NCBI GenBank assembly: GCA_963731735.1
Contig: CAVSWO010000002.1
Span: 270,106 to 334,105, forward strand
Length of the DNA stretch: 64,000 bases
Direction: 5' to 3'
Source: Candidatus Kerfeldbacteria bacterium
GTDB taxonomy: Bacteria; Patescibacteriota; Patescibacteriia; SBBC01; CAIJZX01
This document shows, piece after piece, positions 46,281 to 56,669 of the stretch (positions within the stretch are counted from its first letter, which is position 1; every line of letters starts with the position of its first letter). A model generated the notes under the pieces. It was given only the letters and a program-made list of their open reading frames with translations. It had not been told where the DNA came from and searched no databases. Position numbers and translations under genes: made by a program.

Positions 46281-47504
46281 TTAGGTGCTGGCTTCTTCGG
46301 TTGGCGCTTCAGCTGCAGCGGCTTCGGCTTGCGGTGCTTCATCTAAGCTGACGCCGGCTAAGGCTGGGTCGCTGACGCGTTCACCTTCGGCCGTCGATAA
46401 CCCGCGATCATCTTCCAGGGCTTTGACCGATAAGCCAAGACGGTGTTGGTCCGGTTCAATGGAGATAATTTTGAAATCGCGAACCTCATCAACCTTCAAG
46501 ACTTCGGCTGGATTCTGAATTTGTTTCTTGGACAATTCAGAAATATGGGCCAGTCCGTGAATTTCCTCATCGAGTTCCACGAAGGCGCCGAACGGATTGA
46601 GTTTCAGGACTTTGCCTTTGACGGTTTGGCCGATTTGGTATTTCTCAACCGCCGTTTTCCAGGGATCATCTTTGAGCTGTTTGAGCGACAGGGAGATCTT
46701 GGTGCCTTCGATACCGATAATTTTGGCTTTAACCGTATCGCCAACTTTGACGATATCGCGCGGATTCTCAACCCGCTGCCAGGCTAACTCAGAAATGTGA
46801 ATTAAGCCTTCCAGGTGCTCGCCAAATTCCACGAACGCGCCGAAATCAACCACCCCGGTGACTTGGCCTTCAATCGTGTCGCCAACATTGTAGCCGGCTA
46901 CGATTTGGGCGTGTTCCTTGGCCCAGGCGGCCTTTTCCGAAACAATCAGTTTGCCTTCGGCCTCGTTGACGTCAAGCACTTTGACGCGCAGCGTCTGGTT
47001 GATGAATTTTTGTAGCAGTTCTAAGATCCGTCCCTTATCACCACCCTCAACCCGAGGATAGTGTTCGGGCGTTAATTGCGAGACCGGCAAGAAGCCTTCA
47101 ATCCGGCCAACCATGACCATAATGCCGCCGCGGTTTGCGTCGGTCACCGTGACATCAATCACTTCACCCGAGTTCATTAGGCGAGTCAGCTCATCCCAGG
47201 CCTTCTGGTGTCCGGCCGAACGGAAGGAAAGTTCCATTTGACCTTGCTCATTTTCAAGTTCCAGGACGGTAGCCTGGACCCGATCACCAACTTTTAATTC
47301 AGAATATTCGCCGGATTCGTCGTAGAGTTCACGACCTCGGACAATGCCGGTAGTTAGGCCGTCAATATCAACGTGCGCTTCATTTTTTGAAACGCTTAAA
47401 ATCGTGCCTTGCACAATCTCACCGACCGCCGGTAGCTTCGGTAAAGAGGCGTCGGCTAATAGACGCTCCATTTCATTTATCGGGGTCTGCGTAGCAGTAG
47501 CCAT
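46281..47504 (-). CDS. rpsA: 30S ribosomal protein S1 (four S1 domains)
   Basis: Repeated S1 RNA-binding domains (G.V.G.V..I...G.FV.L). Confidence 0.85.
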   Translation of the reverse strand: MATATQTPINEMERLLADASLPKLPAVGEIVQGTILSVSKNEAHVDIDGLTTGIVRGRELYDESGEYSELKVGDRVQATVLELENEQGQMELSFRSAGHQKAWDELTRLMNSGEVIDVTVTDANRGGIMVMVGRIEGFLPVSQLTPEHYPRVEGGDKGRILELLQKFINQTLRVKVLDVNEAEGKLIVSEKAAWAKEHAQIVAGYNVGDTIEGQVTGVVDFGAFVEFGEHLEGLIHISELAWQRVENPRDIVKVGDTVKAKIIGIEGTKISLSLKQLKDDPWKTAVEKYQIGQTVKGKVLKLNPFGAFVELDEEIHGLAHISELSKKQIQNPAEVLKVDEVRDFKIISIEPDQHRLGLSVKALEDDRGLSTAEGERVSDPALAGVSLDEAPQAEAAAAEAPTEEAST

Positions 47505-47567
47505 ATAATCATTGTTTACCCTTCAAACCATCGAGTTCGAAAGTCCGGGCGACGCCGGGGCGCTCGG

Positions 47568-48470
47568 GTGAAAAACGGCGTTTTCTTCGTCAATCAATAC
47601 GCCGGTCACTCTAGCGGAAAACCGAGATATTTGCAAGTCCCGGCAATTGACGGTATCGGATTGCCCTGCTGTAATAGGGTTATGGGGGCATCGCGATCAA
47701 TTCCCAGTCGACGCATGAGCGTCCGGTCACCGGGCGGCAGCTTGGGGCATTCAAGCTCGCCGGAGCATCGAAGTTTTCATCTGAGCCGGCCTGAGAAGAA
47801 GGCTTTTACGCAATCGGCTTTTGAAAAATATCAGCCGCAAGAATATCAGCAGCATGCCAAGCAACATTCTCCGGCCGACGTCCAAGACGCCGATCGGGAG
47901 TTTTATTTACGGCAAGTGCAGGGCGGTCGAACGCTTGAAACCCGCGAGGACGTAGAAAAATTTGCCCGCGGTTTTCTGAAGGACGCGCACGCCGAAGGTG
48001 CGCGCTTACGCGGTGGTCTGAATACAGAACGTCGGGAGTATGAGCAGGCTAAACAACTGGCCAAAGAATACTTGAAAAAACATACCGACCAGCCCGATCC
48101 CCATAAAGTTCATCACTCAATAATGACCGCCATGCGCGACCGCCTCGGTATTCAACATGGTCCCGCCCCGGCCGCTGAATTCAAACCCGCCTGGCAAGCG
48201 CCCGAACCGCTTGGCCTTGATACATCGCCGGCGACACCCGAACCGACCGGAGGGAGTCCGGCCACCCCAGTATTTAATCCAGCCTCGCAAGCCTTTATCG
48301 GCGGACGCTTAGGTCAGGTCAGCAAACCGGCGGCCCCGGCTTCCACCGCAGTCCCGGCCAATCAACCCCCGCCGGAGCCGCCGTCACCGACCCCGGCCGC
48401 CCCCGCTCCGACGCCAAACAACGACCCGGCCATCCCCGATCCGGATGACGCGCAAGCGCTCCCAATTTAG
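47568..48470 (+). CDS. hypothetical protein with a proline-rich C-terminus (start uncertain)
   Basis: Long ORF. The C-terminus is PEPPSPTPAAPAPTP low-complexity sequence. Confidence 0.35.
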   Translation: MKNGVFFVNQYAGHSSGKPRYLQVPAIDGIGLPCCNRVMGASRSIPSRRMSVRSPGGSLGHSSSPEHRSFHLSRPEKKAFTQSAFEKYQPQEYQQHAKQHSPADVQDADREFYLRQVQGGRTLETREDVEKFARGFLKDAHAEGARLRGGLNTERREYEQAKQLAKEYLKKHTDQPDPHKVHHSIMTAMRDRLGIQHGPAPAAEFKPAWQAPEPLGLDTSPATPEPTGGSPATPVFNPASQAFIGGRLGQVSKPAAPASTAVPANQPPPEPPSPTPAAPAPTPNNDPAIPDPDDAQALPI

Positions 48471-48560
48471 GCCGTTTTTTGCCCGCCGCAGCCATTGCCA
48501 GATAGGCGGTTTTCTGCTAAACTCAGGGCATTCTCGATTGATATCGAACGCAGTCTTCGT

Positions 48561-49169
48561 ATGATTATTTCTTCACTTGGCGATGCCGGAATTCGCCTCC
48601 AAACCAAAGAAGCCGTGGTCGTGATTGACCCCCCGGCCGCCAGCACCGGTCTCAAGGTTAGTCGTTCCAGTGCCGATATCGTCGCCCAAACGCAAGTTGA
48701 GCGACGTGATCTCAGCAACGTCACTTCTCCGGGACTGGTTATCACCACGCCGGGCGAGTACGAATTGAAACAAGTGTTTATTTACGGTTTGGCGCTGGCG
48801 TCTGATCCCGGAAAAATTCATTTCCGGATTGAGGCTGAAGGGTTAAGCCTTGGACACTTGGGCGATCTAACCGGCAACTTGCAAAATGGCGAACTTGAGG
48901 CGCTTGAGGGGGTTGATATATTGTTTGTACCAATCGGCGGAAAAGATACGCTCAGCGCTGAAGCCGCGGCTAAGCTTATTAGCCAAATCGAACCGCGCGT
49001 GGTTGTTCCAATACAATATAAAATAACCGGCCTGAAGATTGCTTATGATGATGTGGCTGGATTTTTGAAGGAAATGGGTTCGAAGGATGTGCAACCGGAA
49101 GCCAAGTGGAAAATCGCGAAAAAAGATTTACCGGCCGAAGAAACCCAAGTAGTTTTATTGTCCGCATGA
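48561..49169 (+). CDS. MBL-fold metallo-hydrolase
   Basis: Beta-lactamase-fold pattern resembling UlaG/Zn-dependent hydrolases. The start was taken at MIISSLGD. Confidence 0.55.
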   Translation: MIISSLGDAGIRLQTKEAVVVIDPPAASTGLKVSRSSADIVAQTQVERRDLSNVTSPGLVITTPGEYELKQVFIYGLALASDPGKIHFRIEAEGLSLGHLGDLTGNLQNGELEALEGVDILFVPIGGKDTLSAEAAAKLISQIEPRVVVPIQYKITGLKIAYDDVAGFLKEMGSKDVQPEAKWKIAKKDLPAEETQVVLLSA

Positions 49170-49588
49170 GTCCGTCCACAGCCAATCGAAAAAGAACTCC
49201 GGGCACACGCGTGCCCGTTCGGGTCGTATCCGGAAAACAGGCCGCCCCGGCCCCATCCGCTCCGCCCGCTCCGGAGGCCACCAAACCGGCAAACACAAAA
49301 CCCGCCCCAACGCCGTCCGGCTCACCACGCAAACCGGTCCAGCAGCTTCCGGTCGAGCACCGCAAGCGGCTGATGTGGGGGATTGTCGCCGGGCTGATGC
49401 TATTCGTGGTCTTTGGTTGGGCCATGAGTCTCGGGCACGTGCTGCGACAGGACGGGAAACAACCCTCCTTGGTGACACAACTGACCGACCTCTTTAAAAC
49501 CTTTCAATTGCCTTCAGCCAAGGCTGAGCCGCGTTCTCCAGAAATCAAACAGCTTGATCAGCAAGTTTTTCCGCAATTTCAACAGTAA
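49166..49588 (+). CDS. hypothetical membrane protein (1 TM, Pro/Ala-rich N-terminus)
   Basis: ATGA overlap with the upstream gene. It has one TM helix and sits immediately upstream of gyrA. Confidence 0.45.
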   Translation: MSPSTANRKRTPGTRVPVRVVSGKQAAPAPSAPPAPEATKPANTKPAPTPSGSPRKPVQQLPVEHRKRLMWGIVAGLMLFVVFGWAMSLGHVLRQDGKQPSLVTQLTDLFKTFQLPSAKAEPRSPEIKQLDQQVFPQFQQ

Positions 49589-49591
49589 CCT

Positions 49592-52060
49592 ATGGCCGAT
49601 AAACAACCCGCTCCGACGAATCCGATTGGAAAAATAGAGGTCCGCCCGATTGTCACCGAGATGCAGGAGTCGTACCTCGATTACGCCATGAGCGTGATCG
49701 TGGCCCGCGCCCTGCCGGATGTTCGCGACGGATTAAAACCGGTCCACCGCCGCATCTTGTACGCCATGTGGGATATTGGTCTGCGGCCGGGATCGAAATA
49801 TCGAAAATCTGCCACCGTGGTCGGTGAAGTGCTCGGGAAATACCATCCGCACGGGGACGTCGCCGTCTATGATTCGATGGTGCGCATGGCCCAAGAGTTC
49901 GCCATGCGGTATCCGCTGGTTGACGGCCAAGGGAACTTTGGTTCGATGGACGGCGACAGTCCGGCGGCCATGCGGTATACCGAGGCGCGACTCGGACGCA
50001 TCGCGGCGGAAATGCTGACGGATATTGAAAAAGACACGGTTGATTTCGTCCCCAACTACGACGGTTCGCACAAAGAACCGCGCGTTTTGCCGGCCAAGTT
50101 GCCGAACTTACTCCTGAACGGGACCGTCGGCATCGCCGTCGGCATGGCCACCAATATCCCTCCGCACAACCTGACCGAGTTGGTTGATGCCGCGACGCAC
50201 TTAATCGATCACCCGAATGCATCGATCGATGATTTAGCGGCGATTGTGACCGGTCCGGATTTTCCGACCGGCGGCGTAATCTATAACCTGCAGGATATCA
50301 AGACCGCCTACGCCACCGGGAAAGGCGCCATCGTGATGCGCGCCAAGACTGAAATCGTTGAGGCTAAGGGCAGCGCCTTCAATATCATTGTGACCGAAAT
50401 TCCGTATCAGGTGAATAAGGCCACCTTACTTGAGCAAATCGCCAATGCGGTCCGCGATAAAAAAATTGACGGCATCAAAGATCTCCGCGATGAGTCGAAT
50501 AAAGAAGGTGTTCGCATCGTAATTGAGCTCAAGAAGGACGCGTATCCGAAGAAAGTTTTGAATCGCCTATTTACGCTGACCCAGCTGCAAGAAACCTTCC
50601 ATGTCAACATGTTGGCGCTGGTGGACGGCATTCAGCCGCGCGTGCTGACGCTGAAAATGGTGCTTGAAGAATATATCAAACACCGTCAGTCAGTGGTTCG
50701 CCGCCGAGCGGAATACGAACTCCGGGGCGCTAAAGACCGCGACCATATTTTGAAGGGCTTGCTGATTGCCTTGGCGCATATTCAGGAAGTTATCCGCACC
50801 ATTCAGAAGTCGAAGGACAAAGATGAGGCCAAGGCCAATTTGATCAAGAAGTTTAAATTAACCGACCCGCAAGCCACGGCGATTCTGGAAATGCGTCTGC
50901 AACAGTTGGCCAACCTGGAGCGTCTCAAAATTGAACAAGAACACAAGGAAAAATTGGCGCTGATCAAGGAGCTTGAAGCTCTGTTGGCTTCACCCAAGAA
51001 AATTTTAGGGGTCATTAAAGACGAACTGGCCGAAATCAAAGCCAAGCACGGCGATGCACGCAAGACCGAAATCGTACCGGGCGCGGTTGGCTCCTTTACG
51101 CAAGAAGATTTAATTCCCAATGAGTCGACGATCGTGGTCATCACCCGCGATGGCTATATTAAACGCGTCGCACCGGATCAATTCAAGAGCCAGGGTCGGG
51201 GCGGCAAAGGCGTGATTGGCTTGACCACGAAAGAAGAAGATATGGTGGCACATTTCTTGGCGACCACCACCCATGCCGACATGTTGTTCTTCACCAACCG
51301 AGGCCGAGTTTTCCAATTGAAGGCGTACGACGTGCCGGTTGCCTCTCGCACCTCCAAGGGTCAGGCGATTGTGAACTTTCTGCAACTGCCGGGGGAAGAG
51401 AAGGTCAACGTGGTACTCTCCAACGCCGACTTAAAATCCTATAAATTCTTGGTGATGGTCACCAAAGCCGGGGTGATTAAAAAAGTCACGACTGATGCAT
51501 TCAAAAATGTTCGTCGAAACGGATTGCTGGCGATCAAGCTCAAGGCCGGTGATTCATTGCGCTGGGTAAAACCTTCCAGTGGCAAAGATGACATTGAACT
51601 GATTAGCTCAAACGGACAGTCGATCCGCTTCAAAGAGTCCGGCATTCGCCCGATGGGTCGCGGCGCCAGCGGCGTCCGCGGAATGCGGCTTAAATCCGGC
51701 GATGAGATTGCCGGCATGGACCTGGTAACTGATGGGAAAGCGGAGGCCAACGAGCAGTTATTGGTCGTGATGGCAAACGGGTTCGGCAAGCGCACCCCGC
51801 TGAAAGAATACAAGGTTCAGGGCCGCGGCGGATCCGGAATTCGGACCGCGAAAATCACTGACAAGACCGGCAAAGCGGTGGCGGGCTTCATCGTCAACGC
51901 CAAGCTTGAACAAAACGATATTATTATCATCTCGAACAAGGGTCAGGTTATTCGGACGCCACTAAAATCCGTTTCGGTGCTTGGTCGCGACACGCAAGGC
52001 GTAAGAATTATGCGGTTTAATAACGTCAATGATAAAGTTGCCTCGGTAGCGTTCGTGTAA
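49592..52060 (+). CDS. gyrA: DNA gyrase subunit A
   Basis: Active-site region [14 protein letters not shown]-like [11 protein letters not shown] and C-terminal beta-pinwheel repeats. 822 aa. Confidence 0.95.
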   Translation: MADKQPAPTNPIGKIEVRPIVTEMQESYLDYAMSVIVARALPDVRDGLKPVHRRILYAMWDIGLRPGSKYRKSATVVGEVLGKYHPHGDVAVYDSMVRMAQEFAMRYPLVDGQGNFGSMDGDSPAAMRYTEARLGRIAAEMLTDIEKDTVDFVPNYDGSHKEPRVLPAKLPNLLLNGTVGIAVGMATNIPPHNLTELVDAATHLIDHPNASIDDLAAIVTGPDFPTGGVIYNLQDIKTAYATGKGAIVMRAKTEIVEAKGSAFNIIVTEIPYQVNKATLLEQIANAVRDKKIDGIKDLRDESNKEGVRIVIELKKDAYPKKVLNRLFTLTQLQETFHVNMLALVDGIQPRVLTLKMVLEEYIKHRQSVVRRRAEYELRGAKDRDHILKGLLIALAHIQEVIRTIQKSKDKDEAKANLIKKFKLTDPQATAILEMRLQQLANLERLKIEQEHKEKLALIKELEALLASPKKILGVIKDELAEIKAKHGDARKTEIVPGAVGSFTQEDLIPNESTIVVITRDGYIKRVAPDQFKSQGRGGKGVIGLTTKEEDMVAHFLATTTHADMLFFTNRGRVFQLKAYDVPVASRTSKGQAIVNFLQLPGEEKVNVVLSNADLKSYKFLVMVTKAGVIKKVTTDAFKNVRRNGLLAIKLKAGDSLRWVKPSSGKDDIELISSNGQSIRFKESGIRPMGRGASGVRGMRLKSGDEIAGMDLVTDGKAEANEQLLVVMANGFGKRTPLKEYKVQGRGGSGIRTAKITDKTGKAVAGFIVNAKLEQNDIIIISNKGQVIRTPLKSVSVLGRDTQGVRIMRFNNVNDKVASVAFV

Positions 52061-52135
52061 ACGTAACGCGACGAAGCGCCGCTATGGCGTATCCCGGCGG
52101 CAGAAATTCCAGGGCTGGTAAACCCGAGAAATATA

Positions 52136-52187
52136 CGCAATACTGGGGTTATTATCCGAACCAAGTTCGCATAATAACCAGTTGTAC
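52136..52187 (+). other. second copy of the attI sequence (identical about 52 bp, including the palindrome and the GTTGTAC core)
   Basis: Exact repeat of 12191-12242. It is followed by a cassette cluster whose first attC inverse core is GTACAAC. Confidence 0.7.
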
Positions 52188-52244
52188 GAAATTGACTTTT
52201 TCCTTTAAACTGGAAATTAACTACTTAGTATATTCAACAAATCT

Positions 52245-52622
52245 GTGGATCAACTTCCTGTAGTTCAGGCTCAAAATAATAGCTCCAATTGGTTTAAACG
52301 CTGGTGGTGGATTTTCCCTGTATTTTCGGGGCTCGTTTATGGCCTGTGGCTGGTCCTCGCTAAGATGCTCTATTGGAACATTGCCAGAAAGTGGAATTTT
52401 CTCGCAGCTGGTTTGGCAATTTTCGTTGGGCTACTTTCTGTGCTCTTTTGGCGACGCGGCATTACGGGAAAAATTATAACCCTACTGACCATCACAACAA
52501 TTGGTTTTTTCTCGTACATAGTTATTGGAGCCGCCCGACCAGCTATCTATGAAAAAGCTTACACTTTCCATCTCCAGAAGTATTGTCGATTCAAACTTGT
52601 GCCCAAGATAATGATTGTATAG
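52245..52622 (+). CDS. cassette ORF: small membrane protein (125 aa)
   Basis: AT-rich with three hydrophobic helices. Confidence 0.45.
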   Translation: MDQLPVVQAQNNSSNWFKRWWWIFPVFSGLVYGLWLVLAKMLYWNIARKWNFLAAGLAIFVGLLSVLFWRRGITGKIITLLTITTIGFFSYIVIGAARPAIYEKAYTFHLQKYCRFKLVPKIMIV

Positions 52623-53130
52623 AAATATTTCAAGTCCTTCCGCGATAATTGAAAGTATGAAACCGTATGGTGATCCTCGACTTCAAGCTATAACATACAA
52701 TGTGCCGACGTCATCAACGTTTAATGTCAATTACTCCTGGGGCAGCCGGGAGGTAACGCGTTCAGGGTCGGTTCGACGAGTTTGTGTATCAAAAGAGTAC
52801 TACCAAACCAATAAACAAGAATACTACCTCTGGACAGGCATACAAGAGTATGAATCTGCGGCATCGTGTAGTTGCGTCGCTCAGCGATGTGCGAATACCA
52901 AGTATGTGATTGGTGAATACCCAGAAACCCCAACAGAAAATCCTACAGGAACAATTACGAAAACACCGCAGCCCGCCAAAGTAATAGACTCAAAACCCCC
53001 TTCGACACCAATTGGTGACCAAGGCCCAACGATCAACGATGTCCAAGTTAGCTACAATGCTACCCAGGCCACTATTTTATCGGTAACTGTAAGAAGCAGA
53101 CGGCATCGTAAACTACGGATCGAGTACTAA
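52615..53130 (+). CDS. cassette ORF: hypothetical protein (171 aa)
   Basis: AT-rich. It overlaps the upstream ORF by 8 nt, so this is a two-gene cassette. Confidence 0.45.
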   Translation: MYRNISSPSAIIESMKPYGDPRLQAITYNVPTSSTFNVNYSWGSREVTRSGSVRRVCVSKEYYQTNKQEYYLWTGIQEYESAASCSCVAQRCANTKYVIGEYPETPTENPTGTITKTPQPAKVIDSKPPSTPIGDQGPTINDVQVSYNATQATILSVTVRSRRHRKLRIEY

Positions 53131-53305
53131 CTATGGCTCATTTATTAGTAAAAGGAATACACTACTAACCATTCCATTAGCTTTGACGCATATCAAGGAC
53201 AAACGTATCACTACGCGATCCGCAGTTGCCTTCCTCTGACCTCCACAACATGCACCAGCACCGGCGATGGTGTTTTCAGTATCCAATAAAGGAAAAGCGA
53301 GCACC

Positions 53306-53405
53306 GTACAACAGCGCGTATACGCCATCCTTCTCTCGCTTAGGCGGTAATGATATTATACCGCCACGCTCGTTCCGGACGGCGTATGACGCGCGAACGT
53401 TAAGT
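53306..53405 (+). repeat. attC site k (100 bp; R'' GTACAAC ... R' GTTAAGT)
   Basis: GTACAAC-AGCGCG-TATACGCC ... GGCGTATGACGCGCGAAC-GTT. The central module is about 85% identical to attC d in array 1. Confidence 0.75.
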
Positions 53406-53467
53406 GAAATTGAGGATTTGTCCAAAAAATATATAAGGGCAAAAAATTATTTAATAACTAGATAAAC

Positions 53468-54234
53468 ATGAAAGACCATTACGATAGTTTTTATAAGAAA
53501 AGTTCAGAAAAATTTAAAAAATACGAGTTTCATGGACATGGCAAATTGGTTACTGGGGAAAAACCAAATTTTTTTGAGTATCTTAAAAAGTTTGGAAATA
53601 AAAATTTTAAAGTATTAGATTTAGGATGTGGCTCTGGCGAACTAACACTCAAACTTTCTCCGTTTTTTAAGGAAATTGTTGGCATAGACCCTTTTGATGA
53701 TTATATAAAATCGGCAGAAAATTTGAAAAGGACAATCAAAGTTGGAAATGTCATTTTTAAGGTAGCAGATGGAAAAAATTTACCTTTTGAAATACCGGCC
53801 GCCATTTTGATATTGTTTCAGCTCTAGAGGACCGCTTTCTGCCAACATTGATTTTATTAGAGAAAGTTTTCGTGTTTTAAAAAAGGGGGTGATAATTTAT
53901 CCAAGAAACTATTGGCGAAAAGGATAAAATTGAACTCAAAAAAATTTTTGGAAGAGGGCAAAATTATCCCAATAGTGAAAAAAACAAAAATTCGTAATCA
54001 GTAAAAGAATTATTAGCACAATCCGGAATGAAACTCGTTGAATCAAAATATTTTAAATTTTATCAAGCTTATTCATCAATCAACGATGTTGTAGTAATTC
54101 TTGAAAGAGCCCCCATAATTCCAGATTTTGATAAAACAAAAGACAAAGCACATCTTGAAGAAATTGATAGGAAACTTAATGGTAGTGGTATAAAATTAAG
54201 TAGTCACAGATTATTTTGGGTAGCTGAAAAATAA
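53468..54234 (+). pseudogene. class I SAM-dependent methyltransferase cassette gene disrupted by frameshifts
   Basis: The first frame gives VLDLGCGSGELT (motif I). The protein continues in other frames (…FRVLKKGG…, then MKLVESKYF…) across 53828-54234. Confidence 0.5.
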
Positions 54235-54317
54235 TTTTTTGCCCGATTTTAATAATGAAGAACAAATCCTCAAACTCAAGCCACGCTGCGCTCTCACTCC
54301 CTTCGTTCGTTCGGGGC

Positions 54318-54417
54318 GTATAACAAGGGATATACGGTTCAGCCCTCGGCTCGGGCTTCACCCAAATTTTTCTTCCACTTCGTTCCAGAAAAACTTCGTA
54401 TATCCCTAACGTTATCG
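54318..54417 (+). repeat. attC-like site l (100 bp; variant with AAGGGA in place of AGCGCG; R'' GTATAAC ... R' GTTATCG)
   Basis: Arms GGGATATACG/CGTATATCCC in an AAC...GTT frame. Its R'' does not complement the preceding R' GTTAAGT. Confidence 0.55.
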
Positions 54418-54480
54418 AAATGTTGCTATTGACGAATTAGTACCTTCGGTTCTAAGATCGCGTATTCGATCTTTCACAAC

Positions 54481-54809
54481 GAAATATTCTTAGGGGGCGT
54501 ACTAAAAAGGAGGTCATCGATGTTTCGTAGCTTTAAGGCCCTCATGGTAGGTACGTGGACTTGTGCACTTTCTTCTTGAATTTGGGGGTCTGCTGGAGTC
54601 CTGGGCTTAAGTTCCAAGCCAGTCAACACCTCGGCGATTCTCACTGGTACTTGTCTTGTGATCCTCGTCATTGTGGTTGTCATCATTGACTATTTGTAAC
54701 CGCCAGACGACATGGTGTGCAAAATGCAACCCATCAAGACCCCTGACCCCCTTCGTCCTTTTTCCGAGGAGATGGTAACGACATCATTCTCGCCCCCTAA
54801 GAATATTTT
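54481..54809 (+). repeat. cassette content flanked by 19-bp inverted repeats GAAATATTCTTAGGGGGCG / CGCCCCCTAAGAATATTT(T)C, with a strong-RBS 19-aa ORF (MFRSFKALMVGTWTCALSS) inside
   Basis: Near-perfect terminal IRs. AAAGGAGG lies 7 nt before the ATG at 54520. An antisense ORF 54474-54686 overlaps it. Confidence 0.4.
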
Positions 54810-54838
54810 CTCTATAAGAAACGCTGCGCAACACATCT

Positions 54839-54955
54839 GACAACAGCGCGTATACGAAATTGCGCGGGTGTCCGCTTCCCGCCTCCGTTTTACTTCGGCG
54901 GGCAAGCGCGGTAGTATACACCCGCGCAATGCGTATGACGCGCAAACGTTAGACG
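54839..54955 (+). repeat. attC site m (117 bp; R'' TGACAAC ... R' GTTAGAC)
   Basis: ACAAC-AGCGCG-TATACG ... CGTATGACGCGCAAAC-GTTAGAC. Confidence 0.75.
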
Positions 54956-54962
54956 CCATAAT

Positions 54963-55313
54963 ATGAAAAGAACAACTCTAACTTCTGTCATAGTTCTTAC
55001 ACTGATAATTTTGTTTTTGGCCGTTCCAAAACCGTACTCACTCTCAACAAACGTAAAGTCGTGCGATAAGAAAAATTCAGCTGAACAAAATGTAAATTCT
55101 GCACCAACGGATACCAATACATTTTTTAGGGATTATATACCTACACCATCTCTCATTTATGTGGATGAAAGCTCGGGGTGGTGTGCCGGGATAATTTATC
55201 CGACAAATAAGGAAAGAGAGTTAGATGCTTTTAATAACAGTTGCAACATGGTAACAAAAGGTTGGGATTGTTTAGGAATTAAATTTTCTAAAAAAGAATC
55301 AATTGCTTTATAG
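54963..55313 (+). CDS. cassette ORF: secreted hypothetical protein (116 aa)
   Basis: Signal-peptide-like N-terminus and AT-rich composition. It lies between attC m and attC o. Confidence 0.5.
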   Translation: MKRTTLTSVIVLTLIILFLAVPKPYSLSTNVKSCDKKNSAEQNVNSAPTDTNTFFRDYIPTPSLIYVDESSGWCAGIIYPTNKERELDAFNNSCNMVTKGWDCLGIKFSKKESIAL

Positions 55314-55328
55314 CTTACATATTACGAC

Positions 55329-55401
55329 GCCTAACAGCGCGTATACGCCCCGACCTTCGCCAAGGCTACGGCGGGCAGCATATGACGCGCAAACGTTAGA
55401 C
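55329..55401 (+). repeat. attC site o (73 bp; R'' GCCTAAC ... R' GTTAGAC)
   Basis: GCCTAAC-AGCGCG-TATACGCC ... GCATATGACGCGCAAAC-GTTAGAC. Its R'' differs by 1 nt from the complement of attC m R'. Confidence 0.75.
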
Positions 55402-55438
55402 AAAAAACTCCCCCGAGCGCCTAAGCGTTCGGGGGATT
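55402..55438 (-). terminator. rho-independent terminator for the minus-strand gene 55421-55909
   Basis: On the minus strand: CCCCCGAACGCTTAGGCGCTCGGGGGAG followed by TTTTTT. Confidence 0.6.
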
Positions 55439-55909
55439 GGTATCTTCACACTCGGATTCCTTCCAAACCTCTTGGGTTTGGCCGTAGATACCGGGAATCA
55501 CCCAGAGTTGTCCGTCAAAAGCCGTAACAACGCGGGCAATATCGCCAGTCTCCTTGTGGCGAACCCAGCGTTGCCCGGTTGATCCCGAGCGCTTCTTTCG
55601 ACGCGGCATAGCGGTACCTCCGTCCGTGGTCTCAAGACTGAACGGCGACCAAATTGCAATCGCCCGTTTGGTGCGACTTCGGCAAACACGCGTCAATTGA
55701 CGAAACCGACTTCGAAAGCCCAGCGAATCGAGCTCGAGCAAAGCCGAATGCAACATTTCCCAACGAATCGTGATCGGTAACGGTCGATCCTCCCTGATAC
55801 AGGCCTGTTCGTACTGGCTGCGTTGCCAGTAGAGTTCGATCACCAGCAGTAGCCGTTGCGTTTTGGCCACCAAATCTTCAAAGTCGTTGGGAGGTTGCGC
55901 CTGGGTCAT
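55421..55909 (-). CDS. hypothetical protein (162 aa)
   Basis: Only a high-GC ORF with a downstream terminator. Confidence 0.4.
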   Translation of the reverse strand: MTQAQPPNDFEDLVAKTQRLLLVIELYWQRSQYEQACIREDRPLPITIRWEMLHSALLELDSLGFRSRFRQLTRVCRSRTKRAIAIWSPFSLETTDGGTAMPRRKKRSGSTGQRWVRHKETGDIARVVTAFDGQLWVIPGIYGQTQEVWKESECEDTNPPNA

Positions 55910-56012
55910 GGCATACCTCCGAGGGTGGAAAGGGCTTGCCAGAGGGCAGATTCTCGGCTAGACTACGGCCAGATTCGCCCCTTGGCGTTCATTATCCATC
56001 AACCTAGCACTC

Positions 56013-56210
56013 ATGGGACTTCCTGCCAAACGACGTACCAAACAGAGTAAGCGCGAACGAGCCGCCCACTTCGCCTTGAAACCGCAAGGTTTAACCACCT
56101 GCTCACACTGCAAGCGACGTATTCGACCGCACCGGGTCTGCCCGCATTGCGGGTATTATCAGGGCCGGGCCGTCGTCGCCAAGAAAACCAAGACTAAGTC
56201 GGCCGCGTAA
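56013..56210 (+). CDS. rpmF: 50S ribosomal protein L32
   Basis: The N-terminal LPAKRRTKQSKRERAAH and Cys cluster CSHCKRRIRPHRVCPHCGYY. Confidence 0.85.
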   Translation: MGLPAKRRTKQSKRERAAHFALKPQGLTTCSHCKRRIRPHRVCPHCGYYQGRAVVAKKTKTKSAA

Positions 56211-56219
56211 CGCACGACT

Positions 56220-56669
56220 ATGTCCAACCGTCACCTGGCGCGCACCATTGCCATGCAAACACTCTACGAGTGGGATTTTAATGGTCGCAAACCGGTTGAC
56301 GCCGTTGCCCTGCTCAAAGGCAATCAACACGAATTCGCCCCCGATTTTTCCGACGACGGTTTTTCTGAATCGTTGATTCGGGGTGTTTTTGATCACCTCG
56401 ATGAAATCGACGCGATCATTACCAAGTACGCACCGGAATGGCCGCTCGAACAAATTACGATTGTTGATCGCAATATTTTACGGATCGGCGTTTTTGAACT
56501 GAAATTCTCACCGGATGTGCCCCCCAAAGTGGCTATCAACGAAGCGATTGAAGTGGCCAAAGGTTTTGGCGGCGAATCATCCGGAAAATTTGTGAACGGC
56601 GTCTTGGGAGCGATTTATCGAGATCAGCAGGCTCAGGCGCCAACTCCACCGACCACTCCGTCCGCATGA
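56220..56669 (+). CDS. nusB: transcription antitermination factor NusB
   Basis: [17 protein letters not shown] and [12 protein letters not shown] NusB motifs. Confidence 0.85.
   Translation: MSNRHLARTIAMQTLYEWDFNGRKPVDAVALLKGNQHEFAPDFSDDGFSESLIRGVFDHLDEIDAIITKYAPEWPLEQITIVDRNILRIGVFELKFSPDVPPKVAINEAIEVAKGFGGESSGKFVNGVLGAIYRDQQAQAPTPPTTPSA

Noticed and set aside
33323-50222. Antisense or nested ORFs inside large genes (for example 33400-33690, 37274-38119 and 49653-50222).
   Set aside because: They have no RBS or motif support and their composition is driven by the high-GC opposite strand.
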